From assembly GCF_009914755.1 (NCBI RefSeq), contig NC_060948.1: a DNA stretch of 64,000 bases. One strand, written 5' to 3'. Positions within the stretch are counted from its first letter, which is position 1. Every line of letters starts with the position of its first letter. Origin of the DNA: the human T2T-CHM13v2.0 reference genome, Homo sapiens. This document shows, one piece after another, positions 38,342 through 64,000 of the stretch. A program made the position numbers and the translations under genes. The notes under the pieces were generated by a model, which had not been told where the DNA came from, ran no database searches, and was given only the letters and a program-made list of their open reading frames with translations.

Positions 38342-38792
38342 GTGAATATTGAAGACACTAACCCAGGCTAGGCCAGGCTCGCCCCGCAGCTACGGCGGTG
38401 GCATGCGTCTGCGGCGTCATCTCAGCTCCCTGTTGCTGGCGGCCGCTTGTGACCTAACCGCAGGCGCCTGTGTGCAACGTGGTGGGGCTCCCGGCAGGGC
38501 TCGGCTCTGCCCAAGAGGCCCGCCCTGGGGCTGCGCCGAGCCGCTTTGCCAAGGGGTTTCCTTCTCACTCAGACGCATGATGGCCCCAGGTGTGGCCGCG
38601 GGAGCCGAGGGATGGACGGGCTGGACCTGGCTCGCCGTAGGAGACGCCCCCCACCCCTGGGCTGGAGTCCAGCCAGGCCGCTGATCCTGCATCCCCAGAC
38701 CATGGGGCCTCCAAACACCTTCCCAGCTCCTGTCCCACGTGTCCGGCCAGGCTCAGGAACCGGGCTCAGCTGCACTTTCCTCTTCCCCGCAG

Positions 38793-39728
38793 GCTGTGAA
38801 GCTACGGGAACAGGAGCAGAAGGAGGAGAAGCTGAGGCTCCAGCAGCAGGAGGAGCGGCGGCGGCTGCAGGAGGCCGAGCTGCGGCGCGTGGAGGAGGAG
38901 AAGGAGCGCGCGCTGGGCCTGCAGCGGAAAGAGCGGGAGCTGCGCGAGCGGCTGCTGAGCATCCTGCTGAGCAAGAAGCCGGACGACAGCCACACACACG
39001 ACGAGCTGGGCGTGGCACACGCCGACCTGCTGCAGCCCGTCCTGGACATCCTGCAGACCGTGTCGTCCGGCTGTGTGAGCGCCACCACGCTGCACCCCCT
39101 CGGGGGCCAGCCCCCGGCCGGTGCCCCCAAGGAGAGCCCGGCCCACCCAGAGGCCGACGGCGCTCCCAAAAGCGTGAACGGGAGCGTGGCCGAGGAGGCC
39201 CCATGCAAGGAGGTTCAGAGCTCCTGTCGTGTGGTCCCCGAGGATGGCTCTCCAGAGAAGAGGTGCCCGGGCGGCGTCCTCTCCTGCATTCCTGACAACA
39301 ACCAACAGCCCAAGGGCATCCCTGCCTGCGAGCAGAATGTCTCCAGAAAGGACACCCGGTCAGAACAGGACAAGTGCAACCGGGAGCCCAGCAAGGGCCG
39401 GGGCCGGGCCACCGGAGACGGGCTTGCTGACCGGCACAAGCGGGAGAGGAGCCGGGCCAGGCGGGCCAGCAGCAGGGAGGACGGGAGGCCACGCAAGGAG
39501 CGGCGGCCCCACAAGAAGCACGCCTACAAGGATGACAGCCCCCGCCGGCGCAGCACGAGCCCGGACCACACCCGGTCCCGGAGGTCCCACAGCAAAGACA
39601 GGCACCGGAGGGAGCGGAGCCGGGAGCGGAGGGGCAGCGCCAGCAGGAAGCACAGCCGCCACCGCCGCCGAAGCGAGCGGTCGCGCTCCCGGTCCCCGAG
39701 CAGGCACCGCAGTACCTGGAACAGGTAA
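38793..39728 (+). CDS. AKAP17A: AKAP17A last coding exon (coiled coil, amphipathic helix region, C-terminal RS domain)
   Basis: Acceptor ctttcctcttccccgcag|GCT at 38792/38793; AVKLREQEQKEE...RSRSRSPSRHRSTWNR*, stop TAA at 39726-39728. Exons sum to 2088 nt = 695 aa plus stop. Confidence 0.97.
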   Translation, partial: AVKLREQEQKEEKLRLQQQEERRRLQEAELRRVEEEKERALGLQRKERELRERLLSILLSKKPDDSHTHDELGVAHADLLQPVLDILQTVSSGCVSATTLHPLGGQPPAGAPKESPAHPEADGAPKSVNGSVAEEAPCKEVQSSCRVVPEDGSPEKRCPGGVLSCIPDNNQQPKGIPACEQNVSRKDTRSEQDKCNREPSKGRGRATGDGLADRHKRERSRARRASSREDGRPRKERRPHKKHAYKDDSPRRRSTSPDHTRSRRSHSKDRHRRERSRERRGSASRKHSRHRRRSERSRSRSPSRHRSTWNR

Positions 39729-40626
39729 TGACGGGCACGGCCTCCCCACGGCCTGTCCGGGAAAGACCAGGACCTGCTCGAGCCTCCTGGCCGCTCCTTG
39801 GCCGCTCTCCGTCCACCCCTGCAAAGCCAAGACCCTTCTGCAGCCACGAATGTCCACGGAGCCCGCCGGCAGGAAGGAAGACACCATGCTTTAGAGATCC
39901 ATCTTTCTCCACTCACCGCAGCGTACTTGGCACTTCAGTTTCAAACACGTAGTCCTTTAAAACTTGATCCGATAGCTTTAATGCGGCCGGTCCTCTCTCA
40001 GTCAGGAAAATTGCACAGACCGACAGTCGTGAGGATGGCAGAGCTGCTGCATTCCCCCACACGGGGATTTCTGTGTCTGCTTGGCGACCTCCCTGCGTGC
40101 ACGGCCTAGGAGGTGCACGGGCCACCATAGTCACACTGGCACTGAAAAGAAAGCGTTGCCCTGGTGATTCTTTCCCCCCCGTTTGTAATGTTAACTGATC
40201 AGGAAGTGCAGTTTGGGTGGGATGCCGAATCGTCGTGCTGACATTGAGTCACGGATGAGGAAGGTACAAGTCCTTTAAGATCAAAACTCAAACGGGCCGT
40301 TCTTTCTAAGGTGTCGGTATGTGGGGAGTGGTACAAAATGGTCTGATGCTCCTTCAAAAACATTCACTTTTTACAACGTCAAGGAATTAAGCATAAAAAA
40401 GATTGGTTAAAAGCTTTGGTTTCTAGTAAAGGTTAGTGTGTGTGGTTTTTTTAAGAAGCTGTTTTGCTAAATTATTTTTACTTGGAATGTTTCAAACAGA
40501 TTTCAGGCTGCAAACTTGTTTTATAATCGTTTGCTTCTCCAAGTGAAGCTCAGAAATACCTAAAAATAGCTGTAACGTTCGCGTTAGGAAAGATGGTGTT
40601 TATTCCAGTTTGCATTTTTATGGTGA

Positions 40627-40632
40627 AATAAA
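40627..40632 (+). terminator. AKAP17A: Polyadenylation signal of AKAP17A (3'UTR ~0.9 kb)
   Basis: AATAAA followed ~40 nt later by a GU/U-rich tract (tttttgtgtttttatgtt, 40671-40688). Confidence 0.75.
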
Positions 40633-40943
40633 ATCCTTTTCCAATGAACTAAAATTTTTCACGCTTACGATTTTTGTGTTTTTATGTTCCTTGGACTGCA
40701 TTATTCAGCTGAGGCTAGCCAAGTGTGCGTGAAACCAGTAGAGATCGTTCGCTTTTCCTAGAACTGCTGATTCAACGATGACATATCCCACAGCTCTCCC
40801 GCAGCTGTACGGTAGTAACCTTCTGAGAGGAGAATCCTGGCTCTTAAGAGGCATCTGATTTGTTTGCTGAGAACATAAACTTAGCCAAATTCCCAAAACC
40901 AATCTTTTTTAAAGCCAAGGAGCTGTTTTTAAAGCAAATTTAA

Positions 40944-46130
<5,187 letters not shown>

Positions 46131-46589
46131 TCACTAGCTCATCCTCCTTCCCACCTGGTGGAGGACACGCACACCCTCCTGGTGGCGTCCTCAAGCCCCG
46201 TCCACCTGCCCAGGAGCTGGGGCATCCTGTGTCTCCCGCCTTGCTCTCCTGCACAGCCTGACTCAGAGCGGGAGCTCGACCCCCTACCCTCCCCGCTGTA
46301 CGCTGCCCCAGCAAACCTCCCGAGTTTGCACCCGGCCACTGGATCGGCCTGCACAGGGGCTGCCGCCTCCGTCCCAGATGGCAGGGGCTTTTCCCTGCAC
46401 CCCACCTCACTCAGCTCATGCCTCTGCTCCTGGTGAAAAACTTTTCCCATCACTCCGTCCCGTCCCCTCTCTGCAGCAAATGACTCTTGTCCAGGCTGTC
46501 CAGGCTGCCAGAGACCACCGAGGCACTCAGTCCGGAAGCCCATCTGTGCCAGGGTCATTGGGAGGTAAAGGCAACAGGCTTTACCTCTC

Positions 46590-48385
<1,796 letters not shown>

Positions 48386-48573
48386 CGTCCCACTCACCCA
48401 AGTTATACAAAAGCTCCTGGGCTTTCCGGCCAACTCTGTGTCCCAAACATCCCATCCCCAAAATGGCAGCTTCTGACTGTGTCCAGACCATGCAGGCCTC
48501 TCCTGAAACCGTCCTGCCAGACGCTGTCTCAAGGTGGTGAGGGGTTCCGTGCAATGTCCCTGAGGGCTTTTAA

Positions 48574-52963
<4,390 letters not shown>

Positions 52964-53032
52964 ATGGGATCCTCAGAGGACCAGGCCTATCGCCTCCTTA
53001 ATGACTACGCCAACGGCTTCATGGTGTCCCAG
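52964..53032 (+). CDS. ASMT: ASMT (acetylserotonin O-methyltransferase, HIOMT) first coding exon
   Basis: aagATGg; MGSSEDQAYRLLNDYANGFMVSQ is the ASMT N-terminus; in-frame upstream TGA at 52913; donor CAG|GTAGGA at 53032. Not called in the ORF track. Confidence 0.95.
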
Positions 53033-53096
53033 GTAGGATACGCTCTGTGGGACAAGGGGGAATAGACTTCCGTTCATCACACTCACGTTCCATTGT

Positions 53097-60720
<7,624 letters not shown>

Positions 60721-60902
60721 ACTGTTTTCCATAGTGGTGCAATCTCATTTGACTCTGTCTCAAAAAAAAAAAATAAATAAATGAATAAGAATATAAATAA
60801 AACAATGCTTTCCTCCCCAGCCTGCCATGGTATGGGGTGTTTCTAAGACTGTGGTTCCCAGGAGGCTGAGCCCTGACCTTTTATTTCCGCTCCTGCTCCA
60901 AG

Positions 60903-61077
60903 GTTCTCTTCGCCGCCTGCGAGCTGGGCGTGTTTGACCTTCTCGCCGAGGCCCCAGGGCCCCTGGACGTGGCGGCAGTGGCTGCAGGTGTGAGGGCCAG
61001 CGCCCATGGGACAGAGCTCCTGCTGGACATCTGTGTGTCCCTGAAGCTGCTGAAAGTGGAGACGAGGGGAGGAAAAG
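60903..61077 (+). CDS. ASMT: ASMT coding exon 2
   Basis: Acceptor ...tcctgctccaag|GTT; VLFAACELGVFDLLAEAPGPLDVAAVAAGVRASAHGTELLLDICVSLKLLKVETRGGK (O-methyltransferase dimerisation region); donor G|GTGAGG at 61077. 175 nt. Confidence 0.96.
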
Positions 61078-61197
61078 GTGAGGACACGGGCGTTTTGAAG
61101 GAGGCATTTTACATAGACACCCTCTGCAGCCCACGTGTTCTGTAAAAAGTGAAACAGTCTCCATCCTGGCTCACACAGTGAAACCCCGTCTCTACTA

Positions 61198-61521
<324 letters not shown>

Positions 61522-62032
61522 TCATCACGTTGGCCAGGCTGGTCTCGAGCTCCTGACCTCAGGTGATCCACCAGCCTGGGCCACTTATTTTTAGTAGAGA
61601 CAGGATTTCGTCACGTTGGCCAGGCCGGTCTCGAGCTCCTGACCTCAGGTGATCCACCCGCCTCGGCCTCCCTAAGCGCTGAGATTACAGGTGTGAGCCA
61701 CCACGCCCGGCCTCAATAAGTTATTTTAGACATTCTGTGGAATGTAACGTACGTTTCCTCTCGTGGCTCATCTGCCTTTGTACTTGCTGCACCCAAACTC
61801 CCGATGGGGATTTGTACAAACCGAACCCGACGGGGGTGCTAGCCGCCCCAGGTCACCTTTGCGCCTTCCACAGAAGGCTCCAGCTGTACAAGGCAAGAGG
61901 AAGACCCCATCTCTAAAGAAGAGATGGGCTTGTAATCATGTTGAAATCACGATGTTGTCGAGCTGGGGAGCGTCCGCCGGCAGGAACTCGGAATCTCACT
62001 GCTTTTTCCCTGTTTTTTTGTGTGTGTTTCAG

Positions 62033-62162
62033 CTTTCTATCGAAACACAGAGCTGTCCAGCGACTACCTGACCACGGTCAGCCCGACGTCACAATGCAGC
62101 ATGCTGAAGTACATGGGCAGGACCAGCTACCGGTGCTGGGGCCACCTGGCAGACGCCGTGAG
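62033..62162 (+). CDS. ASMT: ASMT coding exon 3 (gene continues beyond the window)
   Basis: Acceptor tgtttcag|CT; (A)FYRNTELSSDYLTTVSPTSQCSMLKYMGRTSYRCWGHLADAV(R); donor GAG|GTGGGG at 62162. 130 nt, phase-compatible with exon 2. Confidence 0.95.
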
Positions 62163-62741
62163 GTGGGGGCTGCCCCCAGGCAGATGCTGGGAGGTGGTGG
62201 CTGCACCCAGGCAGATGCTGGGAGGTGGGGGCTGCCCCCAGGCAGATGCTGGGAGGTGGTGGCTGACCCCAGGCAGATGCTGGGAGGTGGGGGCTGACCC
62301 CAGGCAGATGCTGGGAGGTGGGGGCTGCACCCAGGCAGATGCTGGGAGGTGGGGGCTGCCCCCAGGCAGATGCTGGGAGGTGGTGGCTGCACCCAGGCAG
62401 ATGCTGGGAGGTGGGGGCTGCCCCCAGGCAGATGCTGGGAGGTGGTGGCTGCACCCAGGCAGATGCTGGGAGGTGGGGGCTGCCCCCAGGCAGATGCTGG
62501 GAGGTGGTGGCTGACCCCAGGCAGATGCTGGGAGGTGGGGGCTGACCCCAGGCAGATGCTGGGAGGTGGGGGCTGCACCCAGGCAGATGCTGGGAGGTGG
62601 GGGCTGCACCCAGGCAGATGCTGGGAGGTGGGGGCTGACCCCAGGCAGATGCTGGGAGGTGGGCGCTGCACCCAGGCAGATGCTGGGAGGTGGGGGCTGA
62701 CCCCAGGCAGATGCTGGGAGGTGGGGGCTGCATCCAGGCAG
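62148..62741 (+). repeat. 31-bp G-rich VNTR, ~19 units, at the ASMT exon 3/intron 3 junction
   Basis: Unit ggcagatgctgggaggtgg(g/t)ggctg(ccc/cac/acc)cca; AG|GT recurs every 31 nt from 62161 to 62719. Confidence 0.97.
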
Positions 62742-62777
62742 TGACCAAGTCTCAGGACTACCGCCAGGGGCTGGTGA

Positions 62778-63224
<447 letters not shown>

Positions 63225-63549
63225 TCAGAAAGAAGGAAACAGAAAGAGAGAGAGAGGGGAGAAGGAAGGAAGGAAGGAAGGGAGGGAGGGAGGGAGGGAG
63301 GGAAAGGGGGGGAGGGAGGGAGGGAGGGAAAGAAGGGAAATAATGGAAAGTAAGAGAAAGAAAGAGAAGGAAGGAAAGAAAGAGAGAGAGAGAGAGAAGA
63401 CCTGGACTCAATAGAAAGGAGTGTCTGGGTGGCCGGACGCAGTAGCCCATGCCGGTAATCCCAGCACTTTGGGAGGCTGAGGCGGGCGGATCACGAGGTC
63501 AGGAGATCGAGACCATCCTGGCTAACACGGTGAAACCCCGTCTCTATTA

Positions 63550-64000
<451 letters not shown>

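Noticed and set aside
38546-39916. Overlapping alternative-frame and antisense ORFs (up to 447 aa) on the last AKAP17A exon
   Set aside because: Expected in very GC-rich coding DNA; low-complexity translations with no recognisable domain.

Overview
Primate (human-like) genomic DNA that I recognise as part of pseudoautosomal region 1 (PAR1) of X/Y. It holds the complete AKAP17A gene (SFRS17A/XE7) on the + strand: CpG-island promoter ~29.8-31.2 kb, non-coding exon 1, and coding exons 31856-32617, 33770-33918, 37326-37566 and 38793-39728, which join to exactly 695 codons. A 70-nt stop-containing alternative exon at 38272-38341 gives a 385-aa isoform. The first three coding exons of ASMT (HIOMT, melatonin synthesis) follow at 52964-53032, 60903-61077 and 62033-62162; the gene continues beyond the window. 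The rest is very Alu-dense, with L1, MaLR/ERV LTR and DNA-transposon fragments and many tandem repeats. Most long ORFs in the track are Alu or low-complexity artefacts. I cannot support a new protein-coding system. The most unusual structures are: (1) a 31-bp VNTR in ASMT intron 3 that tandemly copies the exon-3 splice donor 18 extra times; (2) a ~3-kb palindrome built from a satellite that arose at an Alu tail/TSD junction; (3) a recurrent TAATCC>TCATCC change in ~24 Alu arms; (4) an acceptor in the ASMT 5'UTR that could allow AKAP17A-ASMT read-through splicing; (5) a perfect MADE1/miR-548-like hairpin. Repeat subfamily names and repeat boundaries are by eye and approximate.
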